64,000 bases of DNA from positions 20,770,001-20,834,000 of the forward strand of contig OX597843.1 in NCBI GenBank assembly GCA_951406725.2, written 5' to 3'. Origin of the DNA: Octopus vulgaris (taxonomy: Eukaryota). Positions 23,925 to 37,800 of the stretch are shown in pieces. Within the stretch, counting starts at the first letter, position 1; each line of letters starts with the position of its first letter. Under the pieces are notes generated by a model. That model was not told the DNA's origin. It searched no databases and saw only the letters and a program-made list of their open reading frames with translations. A program made the position numbers and the translations under genes.

Positions 23925-26400
23925 CGACGATTTGGCGGCGAGGTTGGCCCTCGACCAACACTTCAACGCCAAACACGAAGGGTGTGTTGTCAGAGCTAGG
24001 ATGCGTGCTCTAAGGAACGAAGGTGTAAGAGCCGCGAGAGAAGCCCGGGTGGCAGAGGCGCAACAGAGCAACAAAGTCATCTACCCCTGGTAGATGAACA
24101 GGGGCACAACGGAGCAACAAAGTCGTCTACCCCTGGTAGATGAACAGGGGCGCGAATTGCTCGAGCCAAGTAAAATGTGTGAGGCCTTCCAACAGCATTT
24201 TGGCCGACTGTTCGAGACTAGTGGCGGGCAAGAACTTCGGTGGACTTCGGTACCTACCTGCACAGCCTACCACGATTCTCGACAAGAGAGGCAGGGCGCT
24301 GCGAAGGTGCCATCAGGGCGGCGGAAGCGCAGGACGCGATGGCAGAATGCTCGAGAGACAAATCGATGGGTTTTGTTTGTCTACACCACGAGCTTTACAG
24401 TTGTATTCCAGACTTTTTGGAGACGTCTTGGCAGCGGTGTACTGCAACTGCCAGCAAAACTAGAGCATTCCTGGTTTTGTGATCCGAGGAGCCGTAACAC
24501 TGCTGAAGAAAGATCTCAACAAGGGGAATGTTATAGATAACTTTAGGCCCATTACTTTGCTGAGGGGAGGACTTGAAAATTTTGGCCAAGGTGTTAGCCA
24601 AGAGGTTGGCGCTTGTCATCGAGAAACTGGTCGACAAGGCGCAAACGTGCGCCGTGCCGGGCCGGAGCATCCATGACGACCGCCACCTGATGCGCTACAT
24701 CATAGACAGGGTAGTTAAGGAATCTGGCACGGGTGGAGTGCAGATCAATTTGGATCAATCGAAAGCTTTCGATAGGGTAGACCATCGATACTTGGAAGCT
24801 GTCCTCAGAGCGGCTGGATTCGGTCCCGTCTTCCGCGGCTGGATAGCCGCTTTGTACACAGGCATCCGTACGGTAATTCGCGAAAATGGACTTCTATAGA
24901 GACCTTTAGACATTGCACGTTATGTCCGTTAGGGATGCCTCTTCTCGTCGCTTCTGAACGCATTGACTCTCGAGCCATTATTACGGAAGCTGCCAACTAT
25001 GAGGGTCATCCCACGAGAATTGGGATTCGTGACGAGCGTGTCGGCATACGAGCACATCGAGCATGTCGGCGAGACACTGAAAGACTACGTAGCGGTGACA
25101 GGACCGAAAACAACCGGGAAAAATCAGTGGGCTTGCGACTCGGCACCTGGAGAAGCAAGCCCATGCAGTCCACCAGCGCCTCCGTTGTGGGACGCTGGAC
25201 CGACGGTCCGGTCGAGTTTCTCGGGTTCTGGTTTGGGCGAGACCTCCAAATGGCGAAAACGTGGAACGAGATAATGAGCAGGGTGGCCACTCTCGCCCGG
25301 CAATGGGCCGAGAGAAACTGTCCCTAAAATGTCGGGCGGAGGTGGCGAACTCGTACATCGCGTACGTCATCTACTACCGCCTGACCGTCGTGCCTTGTCC
25401 CGACCCTACCATCACCAAACTAGAACGCATTCTCTTTCGCGTCATGTGGAAAGGATGCGTCCCGATGCGATCCATTTGCTGTCAACAACCGTTAAAGGGG
25501 AGGGCTGGCCATGCCTTTTTTTATGATGCGCAGACACGCGCTGAGACTGCGACATCTCAGGCTCTACGTAGACGACGGTGAACAGGTGTGGTCGCCGTTT
25601 GTGAGGCACGCTTTCCCGCAACTCATCTCCATGACCGAACTGCAGCCGTGGATCAAAAGGAGGCCGAGAAGGGGCGAATGGCACCGCGAGTGTCCCGTTG
25701 CTGTCAAGCAATTATGCCGTCCTGGGTCGACCATGAGTGACATCAACACAACCCAAGCATTCTATAGGGGATTAGTGGAGGGGAGGCGCGACGACGAGCT
25801 CGGGGCGAACCTGGACGTCGACGAGGAATATCTGACCCGCCTGTTCAAGACGACTTTCGGGCCAGGGCCCATTCACAACATCCAGAGATCCTTTACCTGG
25901 CAGTGCTACCGAGAAGCGCTACTCCTTCGGGATAAACTCAACAGACACAGCTCGAGGAATACGGGGCCGACCTGCCCGAGATGCGGACAGAGTGACGAAA
26001 CCGTTCTGCACGCACTCGTGCAGTGTCCAAACATTTCCGAACTGTGGGCTTATGTCGAACAACTGCTGTCATGTGTGGGACGAGTCGGTTTAACAGCCGA
26101 GTCTATCGTCAATATTGTCACGCCTCTTTCTTTCAAGCAGAAAGGAAGAGCTATTTTCATCATATGGCGAAATAATGTATCTGGTGGACGCGTATGAAAG
26201 GATTGGAGACAAACGCTTTCCCCTCTGGTCAATCTTTCAACATCTTCTTGTATCATCTCTTCAAGGATCACTTGAAAAACAAAGTGAGAGCAGAGAGGCA
26301 AGTTTTGTCTAGCGAATGTTTTAAGAAAGATGGGTGAATGTAGCAAGGATGGTACGTATGAATGACGAAGCATAATCCTATGAAACCGGAAATTTAAAAC
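23925..26400 (+). mobile_element. Tx1-like (L1 group) LINE, 5'-truncated and frameshifted
   Basis: GC-rich island. NFRPITLL, KILAKVLAKRL, QTCAVPGRSI, LDQSKAFDRVDH, GFGPVFRGWI, and a C-terminal zinc finger CPRCGQSDETVLHALVQC. Confidence 0.88.
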
Positions 26401-26699
26401 AGAGGGTTACTTGAAAACAAATGTGGTAAATAAGAAATTTTTAGGGAAATTAATTATGTGCGCGGGTTTAAGTGAAATGTTTGAAGTTACTCCTGGCAGT
26501 AAATTATGAACTTACATTTATCAGTAATTCCTTCAACAACAACAAACACAAAACACAAAACGTTGCAAAAGTAAATAAGAAATTTACAGAAGTGTACGGA
26601 TTGAATTGGAATTTATGAAGTTACAGCCTCCGGGAAAATCAGCAGAGAAATAGAAAGATTCCAGCATCTCACCTCAACCTTTTCTTACCAACTGTCTTT

Positions 26700-28498
26700 A
26701 ATGACTGCATCGGCGATCCCTTTCTTCTCGTTGGTAAGGGTTGCAATGAGTGGGTGCTTCATGTCATCTTACTGCTCAACCCGTTACATTCCAATTGGTT
26801 CAAGCAAGCTAATATTAAACCAGCTAATGCCATTTTCAATTAACACAGAATTTATGAAGTGTAGAGTCTGCATTCAGCCCTCGCTGAGCATAATCTTCCA
26901 TCATAGAATTCTTGTCAGTATTCCACAGGCGAAGAACATTGGAAGAACTTGAATAGGTGCAGAGGACAGCAAACGTAATACGCAACTGAAATGGCATCCG
27001 ATACGCAGCAGCTTCAAGTATAGTATGCTCCAAACCCTCATCATTTTGGAGGAGACCAACTCATATGTACGCATCTTTAAATGTTGCATAGATTTCACCT
27101 CCTACAGTGCTCACTTCTCAAAGCGCTCAGCACCTGGAACATCCAAAATAGCTATCGTAAATGAAATTTTTTTACGTCCTTAGGACTCACTGTGTTCATT
27201 CTGCAGCCGATGGTATTGATTTTTCTCCTGAGTGTTCATGGTTTTTGTACGTTCATTAAACACATAACGCATAGGAATGTTAGGGTACAAGTACTTCCGT
27301 TAATCGTGCTCATTCAGTTTGAACCATGCAGTGAGAGTATTGTCACGATCTCTCTGTTCTTGAGCAGGTTGCAAAGTGCTACCTCTGTGAAAGCTCAGTC
27401 TCCGCTGGTCTTCAAAGTGAACTGCTAAACTGTAGACAGTGCGGGACGAGTCATGCAGCTTCTACGTAGGCATTCTCCACATGGCTTCAGAAGGTGAAAC
27501 ATATCAACACGCAAAATAATTTCTGATTTAGCCTTGGGGTTGCTGAGTCTGTCCACCTTCTGCAACTGCATCATTCCTTACTTCAACTGAAGCGCTATCA
27601 CGACCGTTTTAGACATACTTGCATATATACTTGACATTTTTACAGATGAGCAAACTTCAACGTTAATATGAGCTCGGAATTTCTTTAATAGGTAAGCATA
27701 GTATGGAACGACATACCAGTTGTTAAAAGAATGGCATCCAACTTGTGATGTGATCCCTTTATTGTGCCTCCTGTACTCTGGATATCCATTAATATTTAGT
27801 AGTGTCTCATTTCTGTTGTTCTTGGGAAACTTTCTTTGGCAAGAGCCATTCCCCATGTATTGCGATGAGGGGTTATAAACACCACAAGGTCCAAGTCTCT
27901 GAATTTTTAAAAATTAAATCATGTAAGACGGGGTCATCATTTGAATCAGAAGCTTCTCCTGGTACCATTCTGTCTATATCATCTCTGATCTTCACTTTGT
28001 CTACGAGCATATGGGAGTGTGGAAGTCCTCTCTTTTGAAACTCAATGACACGGACATGAGTTACACTTACATCAAATACATGTCTGTCCACCATATCCTT
28101 CAGAAATCCAATGATATATCGGTTTTCAAAAGTCTTATTTCGCTGCAGATTATTTTCTCTCTCATGGCAATTAGGGTTTTCAGGGTGCAGTTATTTCATT
28201 GCTAGGGGAAAAATTCTAGCGCCTTATATATCCCGTTCTTTTGAAATGTATTTCACACTTTCGTAATTGTACATTTTCACTCCTGGCACTTCCAATCTCT
28301 TGTTGTTCAATTAAGTGCATGTTCCCATATAACTCAGCATAAGGATTTACTTGTTGCACATGACACCCATTCTTTGAGAAGAGCTTTGGTAGTTCTGACT
28401 TGCTTCCACTCTGTGATGCATTAATAATGTACAACTGACTGTACTGCAGGCGACCATTGACAGTTCGTAGTGTTGTGCTAAGTTTGGCCCTGAATACG
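26700..28498 (-). mobile_element. Helitron RepHel pseudogene, Rep (HUH) region
   Basis: QVNPYAELY, VIEFQKRGLPHSHML (HUH motif), CQRKFPK, GYPEYRR, NWYVVPY-YLLKKFRAHINVEVCSSVK. Breaks off just before the expected Pif1 helicase Walker A. Confidence 0.9.
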
Positions 28499-31400
28499 TT
28501 CTATATCCTGGTATTGGATATATAATTTAACGAAGCTATTTACACGACGCAATACGATTACTATTACGTGAGACTCGACGCTCTCTGCCAACGGATCATA
28601 GGGAAATGCTTACCAATCAATTGTTCACAATCAATTGCTTACGACTAGACAGTTCTCCATGTAATGGAAATGTGTCAGACCACTTTTAGTCACTTGGAAG
28701 GTTGTCAGAATCTTTCCACAGCATCTCCCCTTTATAGAATTAGTCTCCCCTAAATTCTCCACTTGAGAATTAAAGTCGCTCAGAGTTTTAATATCTCTTA
28801 TGCTTAGGGCTCAATTCTTGTGTTTCCATTCGTTTCGTTTTCTGGTGCAAGAACGTGTAATTACAAATTGTTTCTGTGTTGGTACCTCAAACGTGTCGTG
28901 CAATTTTTTCATGAGAAATTCACTTCTTTTGTCTGATTTTTCCTTGAATCAGGTTTTAAGTTGGTTAATAAGTCTTTTATGTTCGATATTTGTTTTACCT
29001 TTTACCAGGAATATCATTCTTGCAATTTACTTAACAATTGTACCATCCTCCCAGCCTTCTTTACTATATCTATAGGTCTTTAAAAAACATTGTCACCTAA
29101 CTTGAAGAATTTTGAAATATTGTTCCTTTTATTATATTTTCACTCGGTATCGGCTGATCAAAGATGGATCTGATCTTTCTGACAAAGATCGAATATCACT
29201 GTAACCAGAGATGTCGGCTTTCTATATTAATGCACTTCCGACCACGTTGAAAAACAGTCCCCCACAACGAAGTGATATGAAACCTTAAGTGATTTTGGCC
29301 ACGGGTGCCATGTCGTGACGGGTGTATTTGGAGCTAGAGAACAGCGTATTGCATACTATCACTATATCTTCAATGTTACAGTCCGTTGTTGGCCAGTATA
29401 CCTAACTTCTCATTAACGATTTCATTATCGAAATCCCTTTGACTCAATATGAAATTCCTTTAGTAATTGCTTTTGTAGTGTGGCTGGCACTACGATTCTT
29501 TGTGCATACATCAGCACATTGTCACACCTTGTGATAGGCTCGAATATTTTTCATCCCTTTCATCCTTCTGCATTTGTTTCATTTTGTAATGAATATATCG
29601 TTTCCCAATTGTAATTTTATGTCCTTTAACGTAAATAGCAGTTCACGCATGGAGTTATACAGTTTGATTTTAATTTCATTTTCCGCTCGCAAATTGGCAA
29701 TCACGGTATCTTCAAATGCTTCAGCATTTTCTGAAATCAGTCTTGATAAACAATTAGCGTGTCCTAATTTTTTAGATAGTATATACTCTATCTTAAATTC
29801 ATAGTTTAATAATACAGTACCCCAGCGTTGCAGCCTATTAGCAGTACGGCTAGATATTTATTTCTTTTACTCGTATACTGATAATAACGGACGATGATCT
29901 GTTTGTATTCAAAAACTTCTGCTGTGTAAAATCTATGAATTTTTTTACTGCAAAAATAATTAGAAGAGCCTCTTTTTTGATTTGGCGGTAATATTTTCTG
30001 CTGATATCATGAACCACCGCCTTCATGTTACCATATTTTTTATTTATGTAGCACTACTGCGCCGATACAGTATTCAGAGGCATCTGAAGTTACAACATTC
30101 TCCACTACAGGATCGAAGCGTGCTAACAACATATCAGATGTTAATATTTTAAAATTTCGTCGAATTCCTTTTGACAATTTTCAGAGCAATTTCAATTGAC
30201 ATTTTTTAAATACATAATCTACTGTAACGCTTACCCTATGCATATTTAGAATATAATTTTGGTCATAATTTGCCTGTCTCCAAAGCAATCATGTAAGGTC
30301 GTTATACTTGTCGGAGGTGTCATGTATTTAATTGCCTCTGCCTTCAACGGATCTGGTCCTCGTCCATTTCTTTCAATTGTTTGTCCAATTTTATTTTCGT
30401 TAAGAAGAAAATTCACGCTTTCTTTTTCAATGTAATCCCTAATTGTTTCGAACATATATATTATGTGCTCTACATGTTGATCCCGTGATTCGCTTTTAAT
30501 GAGTATATCATCCGGATATGAAAATGCAAATTCACTATCCGCTAACACTGCATCCATATGATGTTGAAAAATCGCCGGCGTGACATAAGGGCAGACAGTA
30601 ACCTGTTGTATATATATATGTGCGTTAATGTTTAGGTATTTATAGCATTCACGTCTACTCTAATATGTAGGTACGCGTCAGAGAGATCCAATTAAGAAAA
30701 TATCTTGCCACCGTCTAATTTTGCAAATATATCCCCCCAGGGTAGGTAGCGGATAGTGGAACGTTTTAAGTCACTCATTTAAACCAGTGGAAACAATCAG
30801 CATACACTCTGATTTTGTTTATTTGTTTCTAACGATGCAAAAGCATATCTGTTCCAACGATGCAAAAGTTACAGTTCGTTTATATTTAAATACAGGTTTG
30901 GCATTTACTTTTACTTGGAACTTCGTTTTCGTTTTGATGCTGAAATCTAATTTATCAGAGAGAACTTCAGGAAAAATCTTTTAAATTTATTTTTACAAAT
31001 CGTCCGACGATTCACTTGTATTGGCAAGAAAATCATTCACATTTTTACTGAAAAGATTTATGGGGAGTTCCCATAAGGTAAACAATTCTATTCAGTGTTT
31101 CGAATAAGTTTGGGATATTATTCAACACAAAATCTTTGGTTTCTAAGGTTTTTCCACGAAATGGAACGTGATTTATCATTACGCCATTAAATGTAATTAT
31201 TTTCCTGAAATACCACCTGCAATTTTCGAAATGTCTTTTAATCTAGGTCTTCCTTTTTTTCTATGTATCTGTGTTATTTATCGAGATATCACTGCCCTTA
31301 ACTAGTTGCAACTTTACGTCCACAAATTTCCCTTGAGGCTGTTCGTCTTTTGGTCTTCCAGGTTTGTTCTATAGTTTATTGTTTTATGATCTCTCTTGCC

Positions 31401-32345
31401 CCATTTGACGCCTTTAATATTTTGAAACGGACAATTACATTTTAAATGTTGACCACCGCACCCACAACATGGATTCGATCTTCACATTTGTTTCTCTTAT
31501 TTCTTATCCGTGACGGTGGAGACACTGGAATATGAGAGCAATCTTTTTCTTCAATTTCATTTTGTGCATCGTTTTTTTTCTTCATTTCTTTTTCTCCGTC
31601 GTCTTCCCTGGCATTCTTCTGCTTCTGTTTGAAGAGTTACTTTTCGTCCAGTTCTAAATCATTTGATAAAATGTTAATAGTTTTCATTGTAACAAATCTT
31701 ACCTGACTCTTTCGGCAGAATATAATTACTATATTTTTTGTATTCGGCAAGGGATACCTTTCTTACAAGTAGTCGTACTATTTTTCCTCTCAGATCAATT
31801 TTTAAATTCTTCTTTGAGAATTTCTTCGTATCTTCGAAAATATTCAGAGAAGGTAATCCCTTCCTCTGGATTATACTACTTCAATAGAGATTGCTACGCT
31901 GTCTGGCAAGTTCACACCTGAAGTAATTTTTAGACTACTTTAACATTAATTCCAGCAACTATTGGTTTTGTTGTTGTTGCTGTTGTAGTTGCTCTTGTTG
32001 TTACAATTATTGCTGTTGCAACTGCACCACAGACGCCAATAAGCCTTCTATCTTCAACGAATATTCTTTGGTTTCATACCCATCCCAAACAAATTTAAAC
32101 GTCCAACGCAAACCTCGAAGAAATCGTCGCCACTTTTATACCCTTGTTTGGAACATATGATTTAAGGAATCAGGGGGAAAGAAAGTGTTTACACGACGCG
32201 AATCGATTACCCAACGCTCTCTGTCAATGGCTCACAGTGAACTATTTACCAATTTATTGATGAATTCTCGACAGTTGTCTATTTAATAGGAATGTGTCAG
32301 TTCCCTTTTAGTCAATTGGAAGGTGGTTGGAATCCTTCCACAACA
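28499..32345 (-). mobile_element. Degenerate Gypsy LTR retrotransposon (Mag/K02A2.6-like) nested in the Helitron
   Basis: LTRs at 32134-32345 and 28499-28723, both starting TG(T/C)TGTGGAA. PBS-like TGGCGACGA at 32124-32132, PPT AAAGGGGAGA at 28724-28733, flanks TGTAT/CGTAT. pol remnants include DIFAKLDGG, YPDDILI, SDASE and KKEALLIIFAVK. Confidence 0.88.
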
Positions 32346-33100
32346 ATACAGAAACAATGTAGACCTCTTCCTTGCGGCACAGAGAGTTTCACACCAAAGG
32401 ACGTAAAGGAAGATATGCAGTTGTAGTTGCTGAAAGTTTTTTTTTCGAAATGAAGCAGACTCTTGGTAATTTTCTCAGACAAACGCTTCAATGTCTGAGG
32501 GTTTAGTTGCAGTGGAGGAAAATTCACTTTATTATTGTGACAGAACATGAAGTTTTCATATTTAAAGTTCAGTGCTCCACAATACTCGCAATATAAGTAC
32601 ATATCACCAATACGACAGGTTCGTTTAGGATTATTGTGTCTCTGTTCAGTGGTAGTCCATGTCTTCCTTCACGCTTTCGTTGCACCTGTTCATCTCGCAA
32701 ACGCAACGCCTGTTCAGCATTCATACTTGCAACTCCATCTTGATGTCTCTCTGTTTGACCTTGGAGAAAGCAGCCCTTTCCAAATCATCCATATTCTCCC
32801 TTCTCTGTTACATTACGCTTTTCTGTTGGTCCTGATACTGCGGATGCTGCATATCATTCATGTTTTCCATTCTCCGCTGAAATATCAATCTTTGTTGTTC
32901 CTTCTACTGTGTTTCTTCTTCCTCATCCTGTCTTCTACCTTGGTCTCGCTTTCTCTCTCACAACATTTGTGCCTTGCGTTGCTCTTCATCCATTGCAGAT
33001 CGTCTCATCTGTTGGTACCATTTGTCCCTTTCTCTGGTTTCTTACCGCTGTTCTTCTCTTATTCGCTGCCTGTAGTGCCTAACCCTCTCGCTAGTAGCTT
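32346..33100 (-). mobile_element. Helitron RepHel pseudogene, N-terminal region
   Basis: Charged repetitive N-terminus, then IGDMYLYCEYCGALNFKYENFMFCHNNKVNFPPL...NYNCISSFTSFG...GRGLHCF, matching the Helitron N-terminal Zn-finger-like block. Confidence 0.82.
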
Positions 33101-33359
33101 CTAATCTTCTTTAACTTTCCATTGTTCAGTCAAGTTTTGTAATTTGCTTATTTCATAAGCACAGCTTTGGAAAAAGGATAAAATAACCTTAAATTGCGAA
33201 TTTCTATCTCCCCCATAGCGGAAGCACAACCAACGGCGTCATATATGAGAAGCAGTAACAACATTAATCGGGATCTTGTAGAGATGGAATTTACTGTGTC
33301 CACCTTTATTTTAAATGAAATATATATATTTTAATTATAATGTTTATATTTCTTAATTG

Positions 33360-33440
<81 letters not shown>

Positions 33441-34105
33441 TCGTACATATGACACTGTAAATAAGTGTGAATATTTATGAGCATGTGTTAAGTGATAGGG
33501 GATAAAAAATACTTAGTTCAATTCATAAGTTACTTTACATTATGCACTCATCATCACCATTTCCACCACAACCACTACCACCAATACCACCAACTCTCAC
33601 TCCCCCTTTCTCCCATTTTCTCAGTTTATCTACCTATCTGCCTTATTTTAATCTCACCATCAGAACATCACCGCTCTGCTAAAATTATATTCGTAACCCT
33701 CCTCAATATCACGACCTTCAACTAACTTTTTCGTCACGTAATAAATATTACGTTCCCCCTACCACAATGTCCTCCCCCTCTTTTTCTCCCTCGGTTTTCT
33801 CTCTCTCCCCTTTTCTCCCTCTCCCTCTCTTTCTGCTCCACTTTTCGTCTTACTTTCGTTTTCTCATTCCTTTTTCTGTCTCTTAGTATCTCATTCCATT
33901 CAACTAATCACGTGAAAGCATTACAGTCTCATTCCTCCTCCTTCAGGTCATGGACATTTCTCTTTTGCTCTTTTTCGTTCTCCCTCTTTTTCTCTAATCA
34001 CGAGAAAGCGTTACCGACGGACTAATTAACATAACGACAAACAGAATTATTATAAGATCAGAAATATTATATTTAATTTGTCTTCATGACAGACTCCTTC
34101 GTTTC

Positions 34106-34205
34106 NNNNNNNNNNNNNNNNNNNNNNNNNNNNNNNNNNNNNNNNNNNNNNNNNNNNNNNNNNNNNNNNNNNNNNNNNNNNNNNNNNNNNNNNNNNNNNN
34201 NNNNN
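34106..34205. other. Scaffold gap (exactly 100 N) near the symmetry axis
   Basis: Run of 100 N, a conventional placeholder for a join of unknown size. Confidence 0.99.
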
Positions 34206-34836
34206 AACGCAAGGCACAATTGTAATGAGAGAGAATGCGAGACCAAGGTAGAAGACAGGATGAGGAAGAACAAACACAGTACAAGGAACAACAAAGATTG
34301 ATATTTCAGCGGAGAATGGAAATCATGAATGATATGCAGCGTGCGCAGTATCAGGACCAACAGAAAAATGTTATGTAACAGAGAAGGGAGAATATGGATG
34401 ATTTGGAAAGGGCTGCTTGTCTCCAAGATCAAACAGAGAGACATAAAGATGGAGTTGCATGTATGAATGCTGAACAGGCGTTACGTTTGCGAGATGAACT
34501 GGTGCAACGAAAGCGTGAAGGAAGACATGGACTACCACTGAACAGACACAATAATCCTAAACTAACCTATCGTATTGGTGATATGTACTTATATTGCGAG
34601 TATTGTGGAGCACTGAACTTTAAATATGAAAACTTCATGTTCTGTCACAATAATAAAGTGAATTTTCCTCCACTGCAACTAAACCCTCAGACATTGAAGC
34701 GTTTGTCTGAGAAAATTACCAAGAGTCTGCTTCATTTGGAAAAAAACATCAGCAATTACAACTGCATATCTTCCTTTATGTCATTTGGTGTGAAACTCTC
34801 TGTGCCGCAAGGAAGAGGTCTACATTGTTTCTGTAT
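34206..34836 (+). mobile_element. Helitron N-terminal region (mirror copy)
   Basis: ORF 34394-34870(+) carries the same CEYCGA...CHNNKV block. Confidence 0.82.
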
Positions 34837-37800
34837 TGTTGTGGAAGGATTTCGACCACCTTCCAATTGACTTAAAGGGAACTGACACATTCCTATTAAA
34901 TAGACAACTGTCGAGTCTTCAGCAATTAATTGGTAAATAGTTCACTGTGAGCCATTGACAGAGAGTGTTGGGTAATCGATTCGCGTCGTGTAAATACTTC
35001 CTTTCCCCTTGTTCCTTAAATTAACTCTACAGACAGAAGCAGAAGAATGCCAGGGAACACGACGCAGAAAAAGGGAAGAAAAAGATTGCTCTCATATTCC
35101 AGTGTCTCCACCGTAACGGATAAGAAATAAGAGAAAAATGTCAAGAAGGAGACCATGTTGTGGTCTACATTTTAAAAGTAACTGCCCGTTTAAAATCCAA
35201 AAACGAAATTTTATCAAACCGTTTCAGTGAAAGAATTCCTCTGCTAAATACTTCAGGACAGTTTCTACATTTTGTCCAAAAACAGGAAGATTTCGTCACC
35301 TGTGCCGAGGCTGTTAACGGAAAGTGTAAATAATTCAAATTATATGTATTAAGATGCTGTTCAAATGCATATTTTTTGTTTAAGGCCTAACTGCAAGCAA
35401 AGATGGAAATATATGTTCACGGATGTCAACAAAATTGGAACTGGACAAAAAGTAACTCTACAAACAGAAGCAGAAGAATGTCAGGAAATACCACGCAGAA
35501 AAAATGAAGAAAGCGACGCCCAAAACGAAATTGAAGAAAAAGATTGCTCTCATATTCCAGTGTCTCCACCGTAACGGATATTTAATAAGAGAAACAAATG
35601 TCAAGATCGAATCCATGTTGTGGGTGCGGTGGTCAACATTTTAAAAGTAATTGCCCGTTTAAAAATATAAAAGGCGTCAAATGTGGCAAGAGAGATCATA
35701 AAAAAATCACACTGTAAAACAAACCTGGAAAACAGTTCAACAGAAAGAAAACACGAAAACAGGTTATCGGTGAACAAAAAACGAACAGCCTCAAAGGAAA
35801 TTTGTGTACGTAAAGTTACAACTAGATAAGGGCAGTGATATCTCGATAATTAACAAAGATACATAGAAAAAAAGACAGAAGACCTAGATTAAAAGACATT
35901 TCGAAAATTGCAGGTGGAAAATAATTACATTTTAATGGCGTAATGATAAATCACGTTCCATTTCGTGGGAAAACCTTAAAAACCAAAGGTTTTGTGTTGA
36001 ATAATAACACAAATTTATTCGGAACACTGAATAGAATTGTTTAACTTATGGGAACTCCCCATAAATATTTTCAGTAAAAATGTGAATGGTTTTCTTGCCA
36101 ATACAAATGAATCGTCGGACGATTTGTAGAAATAATTTTAAAAGATTTTTCCTGAAGTTCTCTCTGATAAATTAGATCTCAGCATCACAACGAAAACGAA
36201 GTTCCAACTAAAAGTAAATGCCAAACCGGTATTTAAATATAAACGAACTGTAACTTTGGCATCGTTGGAACAGATAAACTTTTGCATCGTTAGAAACAAA
36301 TAATCAAAATCAGAGTGTATGCTGATTTTTTCCACCGGTTTAAATGAGTGTCTTAAAACGTTCCACTATCCGCTACCTACCCTGGGGGATATATTTGCAA
36401 AATTAGACGGTGGCAAGGTATATTTTTAATTGAATATCTCTGATGCGTACCTACATCTTAGAGTAGACGATGAATGCTATAAATACCTAAAAATTAATGC
36501 ACATATATACACAACATGTTACTATGTGTCTGAAATGTAACACCGGCGATTTTTCAACAGCTTATGGATGCAGTGTTAGCGGATAGTGAATTTGCATTTT
36601 CATATCTGGATGATATACTCATTAAAAGCGAATCACGGGATCAACATGTAGAGCAAGTAAAATATATGTTCGAAAAAATTAGGGATTACATTGAAAAAGA
36701 AAGCGTGAATTTTCTTCTTAACTAAAATAAAATTGGACAAACAATTGAAAGAAATGGACGAGGACCAGATCCGTTGAGGGCAGACGCAATTAAATACATG
36801 CCCCCTCCGACAAATATAACGACCTTACATGATTGCTTTGGAGACAGGCAAATTATGACCAAAATTATATTCTAAATATGCATAGGGTAAGCGTTACAGT
36901 AGATTATGTATTTAAAAAATGTCAATTCAAATTGCTCTGAAAATTGTCAAAGGGAATTCGACGAAATTTTAAAATATTAACATCTGATTTGTTGTTAGCA
37001 CGCTTCGATTCTGTAGCGGAGAATTTTGTAACTTCAGATGCCTCTGAATACTGTATCGGCGCATTAATGCTACATAAATAAAAAGATGGTAACATGAAGG
37101 CGGTGGTTCTTGATATCAGCAGAAAATATTACAGCCAAATCAAAAAAGAGGCTCTTCTAATTATTTTTGCAGTAAAAAATTGCATAGATTTTTACACGGC
37201 AGAAGTTTTTGAATACAGACAGATCATCGTCCGTTATTATCAGTATACGAGTAAAAGAAATAAATATCTAGCCGTACTGCTAATAGGCTGCAACGCTGGG
37301 GTACTGTATTATTAAACTATGAATTTAAGATAGAGTATATACCATCTAAAAAATTAGGACACGCTAATCGTTTATCAAGACAGATTTCAGAAAATGCTGA
37401 AGCATTTGAAGATACCGTGATTGCTAATTTGCGAGCGGAAAATGAAATTAAAATCAAACTGTATAACTCCATGCGCGAACAGCTATTTACGTTACAGGAC
37501 ATAAAATTACAATTGGGAAGCGATATATTCATTAAAAAATGAAAGAAATGCAGAAGGATTAAAGAGATGAAAAATATTCGAGCCTATCACAAGGTGTGAC
37601 AATGTGCTGATGTATGCGCAAAGAGTCGTAGTGCCAGCCACACTACAAAAGCAATTACTAAAGGAATTTCATATTGAGTCAAAGGGATTTCGATAATAAA
37701 ATCGTTAATGAGAAGTTAGGTGTACTGGCCAACAATGGACTGTAACATTGAAGACATAGTGATAGTATGCAATACGCTGTTCTCTAGCTCCAAATACACC

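Noticed and set aside
24066-24157. CRISPR-like repeats with a palindromic core
   Set aside because: Only two adjacent units, no unique spacers, inside a LINE in eukaryotic DNA.
23925-26200. GC-rich island with many overlapping ORFs, suggesting horizontal transfer or a host gene
   Set aside because: Fully explained by a Tx1-like LINE; the extra ORFs are shadow frames of GC-rich sequence.
27873-28094. Viral or plasmid rolling-circle Rep
   Set aside because: The EFQKRGLPHxH motif and neighbouring blocks are those of Helitron RepHel, and the gene is broken.
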